Positions 17,720-27,504 of a stretch of DNA of 64,000 nucleotides are shown here, in pieces (positions within the stretch are counted from its first letter, which is position 1; the number at the start of each line of letters is the position of its first letter). The stretch is from positions 609,768 through 673,767 of the forward strand of contig JBAZWG010000001.1 in the NCBI GenBank assembly GCA_041660505.1. Reading direction: 5' to 3'. The position numbers and the translations under genes are program-made. The notes under the pieces were generated by a model that saw only the letters and a list, made by a program, of their open reading frames with translations, ran no database searches and was not told the DNA's origin. This DNA is from Minisyncoccota bacterium. GTDB lineage: Bacteria > Patescibacteriota > Minisyncoccia > Phycocordibacterales > JACRKE01.

Positions 17720-17755
17720 AAGGTTCAACCTTAAGTATCAAAAAGGTTGAACCTT
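17720..17755. repeat. REP-like doublet family A, copy 6
   Basis: Spacer is the near reverse complement of the copy 1 spacer. Confidence 0.85.
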
Positions 17756-17781
17756 AGAATTCCGCTTGATACAATATTCAC

Positions 17782-18378
17782 ATGCAACTCAAAACCGTCA
17801 TCTTCATGGGTCGCTCCGGTTCCGGTAAGGGGACGCAGGCGAAGTTGCTTGTCGATGAACTCGTCCTAAAAGGCGTGAACGTTAACGACATAATGAACGT
17901 CTCATCCGGGGAACTCTTCCGCGCTTTTGCTAAGGATGGCGGTTATACTCAAGACAAGATTCGCGCCGTAATGGCGGCGGGCAATCGCGTCCCGGACTTC
18001 CTCGCTGTGCGCCTCTGGGGTAATTGGCTGGTGCAGACATATCGCCCGAGTTTGAATATTATTTTGGACGGCACCCCGCGCTCGCACGCCGAGGCGCGCA
18101 TGCTCGAGAACGCCCTCGTTTTTTATGAACGCAACCCGATAGAGATCGTCAATATCAAAGTGTCTAACGAGTGGTCTATAGAACGCTTATCGGCGCGCAA
18201 ACGCTTGGACGATTCATCCCTTGATACCATCAAGCATCGCCTCGCTTTTTATGAAGACGATGTGCTCGAGGCGATAGATTATTATCGCGGATCGCCCAAA
18301 GTCCGCTTCTCTGAGATTAACGGCGAACAGACGATAGAAGAGGTGCATAAAGATGTCTCAAAGGCGGTATTTGGATAA
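17782..18378 (+). CDS. adk: adenylate kinase
   Basis: GRSGSGKGTQA, SSGELFR, LDGTPR; secY-adk-map synteny. Confidence 0.9.
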   Translation: MQLKTVIFMGRSGSGKGTQAKLLVDELVLKGVNVNDIMNVSSGELFRAFAKDGGYTQDKIRAVMAAGNRVPDFLAVRLWGNWLVQTYRPSLNIILDGTPRSHAEARMLENALVFYERNPIEIVNIKVSNEWSIERLSARKRLDDSSLDTIKHRLAFYEDDVLEAIDYYRGSPKVRFSEINGEQTIEEVHKDVSKAVFG

Positions 18379-18384
18379 GGCGCA

Positions 18385-18416
18385 ACCCCTCCCTCGCCCT
18401 CCCCGAAGGAGAGGGA
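18385..18416 (+). repeat. REP-like family C, intergenic
   Basis: CCCTCCCCGAAGGAGAGGG. Confidence 0.8.
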
Positions 18417-18422
18417 AAATTC

Positions 18423-19184
18423 ATGTCGTATATCAAATCTTCACAAGAAATAGAGATTTTGCGAGAAGGCGGGCGGAGGCTCGCTCTTGTGCTTAAAGAG
18501 GTTGCAGCCGCAACGAAGGCCGGAGTGATGCCGAAAGAGCTTGATGCGCTTGCAGAGAAATTAATTCGTGCGGGCGGTGATGAGCCGGCATTTTTAAACT
18601 ATCAGCCCGACATGGCGCGCATACCATTCCCTGCGACATTATGTGTATCGGTAAACGACGCCGTTGTGCACGGTATTCCGGGCGAGACTCCGCTCGTGAA
18701 CGGCGACATCGTCGGTCTCGACCTCGGGCTCAAACACCGAGGGCTTTTTACCGATGCCGCGGTCACTGTCGCTATCGGTAAAATCAGTAAAGAAGCAAAA
18801 GAGCTTATGAAAATCACGCGTGAAGCATTAGAGCTCGGCATCAATGAAGCTAGAGCCGGCAATTACACTGGCGACATTGGCTACGTCATCGAACGTCATG
18901 TTGCACCGCATCACTATGGTATTGTGCGCGAACTATCGGGCCACGGTGTCGGCCATGAGATTCATGAAGAGCCGTACATTCCCAATTATGGCAAAAGGGG
19001 AGAAGGCATGAAATTAAAAGCGGGCATGGTCATTGCGATTGAGCCGATGATAAACCTTGGTAGTGGCGATATCCGACTTGCAAAAGACAAATTCACCTAC
19101 GCGACCAAAGACGGTTCTCTCTCCGCCCACTTCGAGCACACGCTGGTCATCACCGACGGCGCACCCGAAGTTCTCACGCGTTAA
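18423..19184 (+). CDS. map: methionine aminopeptidase type I
   Basis: CVSVNDAVVHGIP, DLG...TDAA, GHGVG...HEEP, AIEPM, SAHFEHT. Confidence 0.97.
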   Translation: MSYIKSSQEIEILREGGRRLALVLKEVAAATKAGVMPKELDALAEKLIRAGGDEPAFLNYQPDMARIPFPATLCVSVNDAVVHGIPGETPLVNGDIVGLDLGLKHRGLFTDAAVTVAIGKISKEAKELMKITREALELGINEARAGNYTGDIGYVIERHVAPHHYGIVRELSGHGVGHEIHEEPYIPNYGKRGEGMKLKAGMVIAIEPMINLGSGDIRLAKDKFTYATKDGSLSAHFEHTLVITDGAPEVLTR

Positions 19185-19205
19185 AATTCCCGAGGCCTCG
19201 GGGAA

Positions 19206-21512
19206 CTATAATGAACCGCCGCCGGAATCTGACGTTGGGTCGAAGTATTCGTATTCGGCTGTGGCGGTGCTGGTGCCGACTGCATTGGCCATATAGCCAC
19301 GTACCCAATACTCCACATCTACCGGATGTGTGAAGTCTATATACTGCCAGTCATCGGCGGGGTCTCCCCATATTGGCTCGGTTGCAAGCGGGAGAAAGGT
19401 TGGTCCATTAGGCCCCTCTGTGCTGTATCTAAGTTCCGCATAAGTGAGAGGATTACTACCGATTTCTGGCGACGCGAAGAGTCTATCGCCACGATGCATA
19501 ATCCCGGCATCGTCTTCGTAAGAGAAATAATAAATATCTGTAGGGGCGTTAGGGACTACACCGGGTATCATTGCGATCACATTGGACGCGGTACTCGTCC
19601 CGGCGTTGTTTATTGCGAAAACTTTGAACGAATATTGCGTGCCGTTCGCGAGTTCGGTTATGAGATAACCTGTTGTGGTGCCTGTGCCGTCAACAAGAAT
19701 GTCATCATTGCTCGTGAACCCATCTGTGCTCTTGTGAATTTCGTAATCCGTTAATTCTCCGCCGTCATCCGCTGGTGCTGACCAAGCGAGCGAAGCGCTT
19801 GCGTTGCCCCGTGTGGCGGTTAAACTTTGCGGCGCGCTTGGTGCGACTATCGGGCTTACCGGTGTTGCTGTCACAATGTCTGACGCCGAGCTCGTGCCCG
19901 CGCGATTGATAGCAAAAATTTTGAAATAATAAGCCGTACTATTTGTGAGCCCGGCGACGAGCGTACTTGTGGCGATACTGACACCGTCATCAAGTGTTGT
20001 ATCCGTTTCAGAAAAATTATCGGTGCTCTCGTGAATTTCGTAATCGGTAATCGGAGCATCGGTAACTTCAGTCGGAGAGAGCCATGAGAGTAATACAGTC
20101 GCATCACCGGCAACAGCGAGCGGCGAGAGCGGCGCGCTAGACGTTGCATATGTCGGATCCGGTTCGGGTTCGGGCTCTGATGGCGGAGGTTTAACCTCCG
20201 CAATAGGGACGCCGGTACCGCCACCGCCGAAACCGGGCGAGAGAATTTGAAATACGCTCGTTATCGAGGCTGTCGGTTTTGGCAATTCTGCTTTCGGCGC
20301 CTCTGTCTTCACGGCAGGAGGTGCCGGTTCCACCGGCTTTTTCGGCATCGCACGTAACTCTGCGTGCTGTTCGCGCAGACCGATCGCGCGGTCTTGCAGA
20401 CTTTGTATCTGGCGCACGAGAGCGTCGGTTTCTGCTTGAGTCAGTGTGCGCGGCGGTTGCGGGGCGGGTGCTACTTGGACGATAGCTTTCGGCGTCAGAC
20501 CCGTCACGAACATCGTTTCTTTATGCGGTATAGGAATAATGATAGGCGTCGGTTTGCCGAGTATCGCGATAGTGAAGGCGGAAGCAACTGTGTAGAGCGC
20601 CCCGCCAACCCCCTTTGCTATTGCCGATGTTGTGGTTATTACTGCATTCGCGCTGTCACCGACGGTCTTCATGCCTAAGTTGGCCAGAGGGTCCGCGACA
20701 ACGAAAACGAGGCTCTGGACTTTATGCACGAGCGAGAGTTCCGGTGGGTCGATGCACTTTTTGTCTGGTGCTTGCACATCGTTCGGCTTTAATTTATCCA
20801 AGGACTTCTGAATGGCCGAGACGATTTCTGCTCCGCGATATTTGAGATAGACAGTGGCGAAGCCGTGGCCGGTCTCGTCCCTCTCAAACTCGAGATCGAT
20901 GTGCGTGTTGGGCGCCATTATAGTACGTGAAAGGGTAGAATTGACGATGCCTGCGATGACTTTATCGGTGTCGGAGGTGAGCCATTGCCCTCCGCCGGCT
21001 ACGCGGGATGACGGCGTGGCAACACTGTACACGCCAATGGACTGTGGCGGAACATCCGGCCCCTCCCCAGCCCTCCCCGAAGGAGAGGGAGATGATGCCG
21101 TAACTTTGTCATAAAAGCTGTTGGCATAAAAATTGCCCTGTGAATGGGCAACGAGGAGGAGCTTTTGCGTTGTTACTTTCTGACTCGCGGAGTTCAGTAT
21201 CTCCGTCAAGTCATAATCGCTCACGACCTCGTCGTCAAAGTACTTCTGATTTGCGGCATCCAAAATATCCTTAACCCCGGCAAGGTTGGTGTCGTTGAGG
21301 AGATATTGATAATCCAGACGTTCGTTTTTATAAGAAAGACCTAGAGTATCCCTAAGTGCTTTCATGTTTACTCTAGCTCCAGCGTCGTCTGTAAAAACAC
21401 CGTTGACGGTTGCTACAGTGTATCCATCTTTCGTGCATTGGGTAACTACCGAGGCAAGAACAAAATTTGGTAGTAAACAGATACCTAAGATTAAGCCTGT
21501 TTTAACATTCAT
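19206..21512 (-). CDS. secreted alpha/beta-hydrolase-like protein with Pro-rich linker and fibronectin type III repeats
   Basis: Signal peptide MNVKTGLILG, VAHSQGNFYAN nucleophile-elbow-like motif, two FN3 repeats (LSW...ITDYEI...YYFKIFAINRAG). Confidence 0.8.
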   Translation of the reverse strand: MNVKTGLILGICLLPNFVLASVVTQCTKDGYTVATVNGVFTDDAGARVNMKALRDTLGLSYKNERLDYQYLLNDTNLAGVKDILDAANQKYFDDEVVSDYDLTEILNSASQKVTTQKLLLVAHSQGNFYANSFYDKVTASSPSPSGRAGEGPDVPPQSIGVYSVATPSSRVAGGGQWLTSDTDKVIAGIVNSTLSRTIMAPNTHIDLEFERDETGHGFATVYLKYRGAEIVSAIQKSLDKLKPNDVQAPDKKCIDPPELSLVHKVQSLVFVVADPLANLGMKTVGDSANAVITTTSAIAKGVGGALYTVASAFTIAILGKPTPIIIPIPHKETMFVTGLTPKAIVQVAPAPQPPRTLTQAETDALVRQIQSLQDRAIGLREQHAELRAMPKKPVEPAPPAVKTEAPKAELPKPTASITSVFQILSPGFGGGGTGVPIAEVKPPPSEPEPEPDPTYATSSAPLSPLAVAGDATVLLSWLSPTEVTDAPITDYEIHESTDNFSETDTTLDDGVSIATSTLVAGLTNSTAYYFKIFAINRAGTSSASDIVTATPVSPIVAPSAPQSLTATRGNASASLAWSAPADDGGELTDYEIHKSTDGFTSNDDILVDGTGTTTGYLITELANGTQYSFKVFAINNAGTSTASNVIAMIPGVVPNAPTDIYYFSYEDDAGIMHRGDRLFASPEIGSNPLTYAELRYSTEGPNGPTFLPLATEPIWGDPADDWQYIDFTHPVDVEYWVRGYMANAVGTSTATAEYEYFDPTSDSGGGSL

Positions 21513-21513
21513 T

Positions 21514-22122
21514 TTAGTTAGGCAGTGTGGTTGGTTGTATGTCACACCCACCGTCAGATGGCCCCCCGCTTTGTAAATTATTGTTGATAAGGTCTTTAAG
21601 ATATTTAGTTCTTGCTGTTGAGTTAAGCTGAAGTTTTTCAACAAAGCTTCTGTATTTATTTACATCAGCAATAAATTTTGTCATATCGGATCGCGAACTA
21701 AGACTCCACAAACATACATCTGCGTGGCCTTCTAAATCCTCAATTGTCGCCGAAACTGTTCCTCCGTTCACAAGCTGTAGCGTCATTTCGGTTTGTAATG
21801 CTAAGGCATACTGAAGAAGTGGAGAACGTATCTTGGCACTATCGGGATAGGTTTGGAATATTGCCAGTTCGACGTCGTCGCGGATGCCGTTTTTGTTGGC
21901 GTCTACGCCAGCAATAGTTGCATCCGGCGAGGCGGGGACAGGCGGCAAATTTTTACCCATTACATCATTCAGTGTAAGCTTGGTCGCATGGATGCGCGCA
22001 ACTTGCACGGCTGTCTGCTTGGCTCGTTCGAGCACGTACATTCTGTAGAAGACCAACACCGCGAACAGCACAAAAATAACCGTCCCCGCTCGGGAAAGGT
22101 AAGTTGTAAGAGATTTTTTCAT
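21514..22122 (-). CDS. membrane-anchored hypothetical protein
   Basis: N-terminal TM; GVDANKNGIRDDVE Ca-loop-like motif; adjacent to the hydrolase gene. Confidence 0.75.
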   Translation of the reverse strand: MKKSLTTYLSRAGTVIFVLFAVLVFYRMYVLERAKQTAVQVARIHATKLTLNDVMGKNLPPVPASPDATIAGVDANKNGIRDDVELAIFQTYPDSAKIRSPLLQYALALQTEMTLQLVNGGTVSATIEDLEGHADVCLWSLSSRSDMTKFIADVNKYRSFVEKLQLNSTARTKYLKDLINNNLQSGGPSDGGCDIQPTTLPN

Positions 22123-22175
22123 TTGCCGACACTATATACCTTTCATTCGATTTGCGCCACATTTTTATGCACCAT

Positions 22176-22220
22176 AAAAGAGAACAAGCCCCGGAGTCTT
22201 GGGAGACTGGGGGCTTGTTC
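22176..22220 (-). terminator. intrinsic terminator of the minus-strand ncRNA candidate
   Basis: GAACAAGCCCC...GGGGCTTGTTC followed by UCUUUU on the minus strand. Confidence 0.75.
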
Positions 22221-22228
22221 AGGTTGAC

Positions 22229-22528
22229 GACGAATCTGATCATTCCAAGTTGGAGTGTCACCCGCCGAAGAGAAGAGAGAAGGCTTGCTAGCGTTCCTCC
22301 TCCTGTTTGCAGGCAGTGTTCTCGCTCTAACCGGTCGTTTCAAGTGCCAAGAACGACCGGGCTCACGTGTCGCCATGACGGGCGATTACACTGTTGACAC
22401 TAGAACTCGGCCAGCAACCATCCTATTCTACTTCCGACCGCAATGGCTCGCTCAACGAGCACGCGCGGCGGTGGGGAGGGTGTTTTTTGCTGGTCTTATG
22501 ACCATGCCCTGTTACGGGCAGATTCGTC
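22229..22528 (-). ncRNA. large structured ncRNA candidate (~300 nt), family unknown
   Basis: 10-bp end-to-end helix, about eight internal stems, TATAAT and boxA-like site upstream, terminator downstream, no credible ORF. Confidence 0.6.
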
Positions 22529-22653
22529 TATTTCCTGAAAGAACGTAACCCGAAGATATTATACCCAAATTAACGTTCGGTCAAATCGCTTTTTGTGCTA
22601 TTATATCCCCAGAATTTATTTATATATTAAGTACAAGTAATAATAAGAATAAT

Positions 22654-22788
22654 ATGTCAGAAGAAAATATGCCGGAGCCGGAGTTGGAGATAGTGCCGGA
22701 GCCCGAAAAAACACAAGTCCCTGCGCCCGTTATCTTCCCGGACATAGTGCCCAAAACAGACGAGCCGGAAAAGCCGACGATACACTAA
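22654..22788 (+). CDS. small acidic Pro/Glu-rich protein (44 aa), not in ORF track
   Basis: MSEENMPEPELEIVPEPEKTQVPAPVIFPDIVPKTDEPEKPTIH; TGcTATTAT promoter and A-rich leader. Confidence 0.5.
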   Translation: MSEENMPEPELEIVPEPEKTQVPAPVIFPDIVPKTDEPEKPTIH

Positions 22789-22854
22789 ATATTCTTAGCC
22801 TCGTTGTCCACTGTTTTATTTTGCGCGGCATACTCGGCGTTATATAATACAGGG

Positions 22855-23214
22855 ATGGAAGGCTCACCGAAGCTCTATAAAGAGTCGCGCCCGTGGGGGA
22901 ACTTCGAACGCTTCACCCTGAACGAACCGACGACAGTCAAGATAATCACGGTTAACCCCGATGAGGCCTTTAGTTTGCAAACACATGATCATCGCAACGA
23001 ATTCTGGCGCGTGCTTAATGGCTCCGGCTTGGTGCAGATAGGGGAGGCGGAGCATGAGGCGCAGGAAGGCGATTCTTTCCTCATCAAGGCGCACGAGAAG
23101 CACCGCGCAACGGCCGGTACGAACGGGCTGGTTATGCTGGAAATTGCCTTCGGCGAGTTCGATGAAAAAGATCTTACTCGAATAGAAGATCGTTATGGGC
23201 GCGCTCAACAATAA
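22855..23214 (+). CDS. mannose-6-phosphate isomerase type II C-terminal cupin
   Basis: RPWGNF, KIITV, SLQTHDHRNEFW, LEIAFG...EKDLTRIEDRYGR. Confidence 0.9.
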   Translation: MEGSPKLYKESRPWGNFERFTLNEPTTVKIITVNPDEAFSLQTHDHRNEFWRVLNGSGLVQIGEAEHEAQEGDSFLIKAHEKHRATAGTNGLVMLEIAFGEFDEKDLTRIEDRYGRAQQ

Positions 23215-24316
23215 TCCTAATAATTTTTGGCCGGTCGTTTTATTCTTCCTCGCGATATTCGCCTTAGCCTTTTTCTATCATTGGCTCACACGCAAGAAAA
23301 TTTCGGCGCCGGTCATACTCCTTCGCTTGCCCGAGAATCCCATCCTCTCGCCCGTCAAAGAACATTGGTGGGAGTCAGAGGCGGTCTTCAATCCCGCAGC
23401 GTTCGTGGATGACGGCAAAGTACACCTCTTCTATCGCGCCTTGGGCCGTGATGGCATTTCGCGCATTGGCTACGCCTGGAGTACGGACGGCTTGCACTTC
23501 GAGCGTTTGTCATACCCCGTATTCTCTGCCGAGAACGTGCAGGAAGTGAAGAGCCACTTCCCCTACACCTCGCCGGTGCGCTTGTCCTATGACACGGTCA
23601 ACAATCCATCCGGTGGCGGCTGGGGAGGCTTAGAAGACCCGCGGGCTATAAAGATTGACGGCCGTATTTACCTTACCTTCAACGCTTTCAACGGCTGGGA
23701 GTCGATGCGCGTCGGCTTGACCTCGATAAGCGAAGAAGATTTTAAAAATAAGAATTGGAACTGGCGCAAGTTCGTCTACCTTACCGACGAACGCAACAAG
23801 AATTGGATGTTCTTCCCCGATAAAATTAACGACAAGTTCGCGCTCCTCCACAGTATCTACAGCGAGAATGGCGAACGCGTCCAGATTAAATATCTTGATA
23901 GCTTGCATATTCACGGCCCGCTCCAGAATCTCAAGTCCGCCGACCCGCACAGGCTTAAGGACCAGAAGATAGCCTGGCACTATCGCATCCGCAGTGCCGG
24001 CACGCCGCCGTTGCGCACCAAGTACGGCTGGCTGGTCTTGTACCACGCAATGGATCCGAATGAGCCGAGCCGGTACAAAGTCGGCGCCCTGCTCCTCGAC
24101 CTCGCTTCGCCCACCAAGGTCATCGCGCGGAGCGACCATCCTATCCTCGAGCCGGACATGTGGTACGAGAACGATTGGAAGCCGGGGATAGTCTACGCCT
24201 CCGGTGCTGTAGTTCTCGGTGAAGATCTCATGGTCTACTACGGCGGCGGTGACAAATATGTCGCCGGCGCAAAAGTGAATTTGGAGTTGCTTATCAAGAG
24301 CCTAATGCGACAGTAG
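23195..24316 (+). CDS. GH130-like glycosidase/phosphorylase with N-terminal TM
   Basis: ENPILSP, VFNPAA, LFYRA, EDPR, GWLVLYH, YYGGGD. Confidence 0.88.
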   Translation: MGALNNNPNNFWPVVLFFLAIFALAFFYHWLTRKKISAPVILLRLPENPILSPVKEHWWESEAVFNPAAFVDDGKVHLFYRALGRDGISRIGYAWSTDGLHFERLSYPVFSAENVQEVKSHFPYTSPVRLSYDTVNNPSGGGWGGLEDPRAIKIDGRIYLTFNAFNGWESMRVGLTSISEEDFKNKNWNWRKFVYLTDERNKNWMFFPDKINDKFALLHSIYSENGERVQIKYLDSLHIHGPLQNLKSADPHRLKDQKIAWHYRIRSAGTPPLRTKYGWLVLYHAMDPNEPSRYKVGALLLDLASPTKVIARSDHPILEPDMWYENDWKPGIVYASGAVVLGEDLMVYYGGGDKYVAGAKVNLELLIKSLMRQ

Positions 24317-24380
24317 TTCTCGCCTAGGCCGGTCTGTCATACGGCGGCCTTTTTTGCTATACTGTCGTCGTCAGAATTAT

Positions 24381-25154
24381 ATGAAAAAGTGGGAAATAGT
24401 CGTGGAAAAGTTTCTTGATGAATGGCGGGACAAGCCGGAGGTTTTAGGCGCTATTGTCGGAGGCAGTCATGCGGTGGGGAATGAGACGGACCTTTCGGAC
24501 ATTGATCTTCAGGTGGTTTTGAAAAACGATATTCCGTGGAGAGACCGAGGGCTTACATGCATCGATGGAATTATTATTGAATATTTCCTTGTACCTATAG
24601 GAAACTATAAAATCTATTCCGAGCAGGGAATCAACAGAGACCAGATCAAAGTAGATGCCAGAATATTTTCGACCGGAAAGGTTGTATTAGACAAAGACGG
24701 CAGTATGGCAGAACTGGTCAAAGAAGCTTATGAGAAATTGAAGAAAGAATTTCCCGTCTATCCGGACGAGGCAAAAGCCTTGATGCAAAAACACCTTTGG
24801 GACACGCATGATCATTTGGAAGAATACACTAAATATCCCTCACCGATGTTCGGTATCCTATACGGCATTTTACTGAATGATATTCTAGAATTCTACGCGC
24901 GAGTTACTCGCACGGAAAGATTGCCTTTAGAAAGAGCCCATAAATTGATTACAAATGAAGTCTATAGAGAAAGATATGGATTCCCAAGAGTATCAGACAA
25001 AAAATTCGAGACACTTCTACTGTCGGCGATAGAAAAGCAAGATTTCGCAAATATTGATGCGCTCTATACCTATGCCCAAGAACTCGGTGGGGGCTTCGAC
25101 CAGTGTAATTGGTATTTAAGACGGAAATCACTGGTGCAAGTGGTGAATAAATAA
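24381..25154 (+). CDS. nucleotidyltransferase domain protein (DNA pol beta-like)
   Basis: GSHAVG...SDIDLQVV motif plus helical C-terminal domain. Confidence 0.85.
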   Translation: MKKWEIVVEKFLDEWRDKPEVLGAIVGGSHAVGNETDLSDIDLQVVLKNDIPWRDRGLTCIDGIIIEYFLVPIGNYKIYSEQGINRDQIKVDARIFSTGKVVLDKDGSMAELVKEAYEKLKKEFPVYPDEAKALMQKHLWDTHDHLEEYTKYPSPMFGILYGILLNDILEFYARVTRTERLPLERAHKLITNEVYRERYGFPRVSDKKFETLLLSAIEKQDFANIDALYTYAQELGGGFDQCNWYLRRKSLVQVVNK

Positions 25155-25200
25155 TAATGATTGATATTGCGCCGGATTGCTAGTATTATGTCTGATATTC

Positions 25201-26112
25201 ATGTCTTGGTTACTCATTGCCCTTATTGGGCCTATACTCTACGCTGTCGCTAATCATATCGATAAGCATGTTATCGAGCGATACTTGAAGGGAGGGGTCG
25301 CAGGCGCACTTATAATATTTTCATCCCTCTTCAGTATCGTGGCGTTGCCGGTGCTTACTTACTTCGAGCCGTCGGTACTTGATGTTACTCTTTTGCAGGG
25401 GGTTTACCTTGCTCTGAACGGCATGCTCGTCGTGTTTGCCTTCCTCGCTTATTTCTACGCGCTCACTTATGATGAAGCATCATATGTTGTCCCATGGTAT
25501 CAGACCATACCGATCTTCGGATTCATTCTCGGCTATTTTATATTAGGCGAGAAAATTTCCCAGACTCAAGCTCTGGCGTCCGCATTCATTCTCGCCGGTG
25601 CAATAATTCTATCGCTCGACTTCGGCGGCAAAAAGATGCACTTTAAACGCGAGGTTGCTTTCCTTATGCTCGGCGCCTCGCTACTTTATGCAATCAATGG
25701 AGTTGTATTTAAAGTTATTGCAACCGACGCCGGTTTCTGGGTCAGCGTATTCTGGGGGCTCGTGGGCAAAGTTATCCTTGGCTTCGCCTTCCTCGCCTTC
25801 ATTCCCTCATATCGCAATCAATATTTATACTTGTTACGACATAGCGGTTTGACAGTACTGGGCTTTAATTCTTTAAGCGAATTTCTCTCGATGATTGCAG
25901 AAGCGGCCATGCAATATGTGACCCTGCTTGTACCCGTCGGGATAGCGCTTCTTGCCAACTCGTTCCAGCCATTCTTCGTTCTTATTATCGGTAGTCTCAT
26001 CGCATTCTTCTGGCCGAGCAAAGAGGCCGAATCGCTCCGAGCCGGCAAAATGACCCAAAAAGTTGTAGGCATAGCCATTATGGTCCTGGGGAGCTATCTG
26101 ATCGGGGTATAA
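25201..26112 (+). CDS. EamA/DMT family transporter
   Basis: About 10 TM helices in two repeats; NHIDK, ILGEKI. Confidence 0.88.
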   Translation: MSWLLIALIGPILYAVANHIDKHVIERYLKGGVAGALIIFSSLFSIVALPVLTYFEPSVLDVTLLQGVYLALNGMLVVFAFLAYFYALTYDEASYVVPWYQTIPIFGFILGYFILGEKISQTQALASAFILAGAIILSLDFGGKKMHFKREVAFLMLGASLLYAINGVVFKVIATDAGFWVSVFWGLVGKVILGFAFLAFIPSYRNQYLYLLRHSGLTVLGFNSLSEFLSMIAEAAMQYVTLLVPVGIALLANSFQPFFVLIIGSLIAFFWPSKEAESLRAGKMTQKVVGIAIMVLGSYLIGV

Positions 26113-26160
26113 AAGATTTTATTTGCGATGATTTTTAAATCCTAGTATACTGTCCTCACT

Positions 26161-26550
26161 ATGCATTTTGGCGAACATCTGATGATTGACGGTTATGGTG
26201 GCGACACGGAACTTTTGAATTCCGAGGCACTCGTCCGTAAAATTCTGACAGAATTACCAGTGCAGTTAGGGATGCAAACTTTGGCGGCACCCGTAATAAT
26301 TTCTGCTCCCGACAACGATAAAAAAGACCCCGGTGGCTGGAGCGGCTTCGTCGTTATTGCCGAGAGTCATGTGAGTATTCATACTTTTCCCAAGCGCGGT
26401 TTCGTCAGTATCGATGTGTACACCTGTAGGAATGGACTCGATATTGAAACTATCAAAGCCTATTTCACCGGCTCATTCGCGCTCGCCGAACTCGAGACCA
26501 ACTTCGTCTTACGCGGTAAGAAGTATCCGCAACAAAACATTCATGCATGA
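26161..26550 (+). CDS. speD: pyruvoyl-dependent S-adenosylmethionine decarboxylase family
   Basis: GEHLMIDGY, GWSGFVVIAE|SHVSIHTFP, IDVYTC. Confidence 0.9.
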   Translation: MHFGEHLMIDGYGGDTELLNSEALVRKILTELPVQLGMQTLAAPVIISAPDNDKKDPGGWSGFVVIAESHVSIHTFPKRGFVSIDVYTCRNGLDIETIKAYFTGSFALAELETNFVLRGKKYPQQNIHA

Positions 26551-27479
26551 CAGAGCTTCCAGCCTTTCCCGAATTTAAGCAGATAGAGCTGGCAGACCGA
26601 TCGTCGGTAGAAAAACTGACAGAAAAATTTCCGCCATATTCAGACTTTCATTTCTCCAGTTTGTATTCTTGGGACATCAACAAAAAAATGGGATTATCCG
26701 TGCTGAACGGCAATCTGGTGGTTTTGTTCAATGATTATATTTCCGGAAGTTTTTTCCTGACATTTATTGGAGATTCAAAGATTTCTGAAACAGCCTCCAT
26801 ACTGCTAGATTTTTCAAAACAGAATGGTTATGAAAGCTCCCTAAAACTTATTCCCGAAGAAATGGCAAAAGTATTGTCGGAAACAGGATTCTCTGTAGAG
26901 CCCGATGCCGGAGCTCATGATTACATCTATTCGATTGAACGTCTCGCAAACATGGAAGAATGGAGTAAGAGCACACAAAAGAAGCAGATCAGAAAATTTA
27001 TGGATACGAACCCTCAGTACTCCGCTCGGATATTACCCACTAAGGAATTAGACAAACGAGAATACCTCGAACTTTTTAAACAATGGGCAACCAACAAAAA
27101 TCTCCTTGATCACACGGAGTTGAACGAGTATAAAGCCTTTAGCCGGCTTCTGGCCGAAAACAATGGCGATGTTGAAATGTTGTCTATATATAGCGACGAG
27201 TCGTGTAAAAAAATGATCGGATTTACATCGTTTGAAACGATATCCGATGACTACGCCATAGCGCATTTTTCTAAAGCCGATATTAAGCATCACGCCGCAA
27301 TTTACTGCGTTTTGATATGGGAAGAGGCGAAATATCTTCAGAAAAAGGGTATAAAGCACTACAATTGGGAACAGGACCTGGATATACCTGGACTACGCAC
27401 TTTCAAAATGTCCTACAAGCCGGAATTTTTCTTAAAGCAGTACACGGTGAGTTTACCTGTGTTGTCGTCACAATCGTAG
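26547..27479 (+). CDS. DUF2156 / phosphatidylglycerol lysyltransferase-like GNAT-fold protein
   Basis: SDFHFSSLYSW, DYIYS, HFSKAD, YNWEQDLDIPGLRTFKMSYKP; start overlaps the speD stop. Confidence 0.85.
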   Translation: MTELPAFPEFKQIELADRSSVEKLTEKFPPYSDFHFSSLYSWDINKKMGLSVLNGNLVVLFNDYISGSFFLTFIGDSKISETASILLDFSKQNGYESSLKLIPEEMAKVLSETGFSVEPDAGAHDYIYSIERLANMEEWSKSTQKKQIRKFMDTNPQYSARILPTKELDKREYLELFKQWATNKNLLDHTELNEYKAFSRLLAENNGDVEMLSIYSDESCKKMIGFTSFETISDDYAIAHFSKADIKHHAAIYCVLIWEEAKYLQKKGIKHYNWEQDLDIPGLRTFKMSYKPEFFLKQYTVSLPVLSSQS

Positions 27480-27504
27480 CCAACCTCGTATTAAATAGCC
27501 CCAA

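Noticed and set aside
9471-17755. Family A repeats as a CRISPR array
   Set aside because: Copies are dispersed between housekeeping genes with no regular spacers and no cas genes
22229-22528. RNase P, tmRNA, SRP or self-splicing intron identity
   Set aside because: No GAGGAAAGUCC, tRNA-like ends, SRP domain IV motif or intron boundary motifs seen on either strand
22143-22548. ORFs 22255-22548 (+) and 22143-22376 (-) as proteins
   Set aside because: No SD or leaderless context, one crosses the terminator, and extensive base pairing explains the region better
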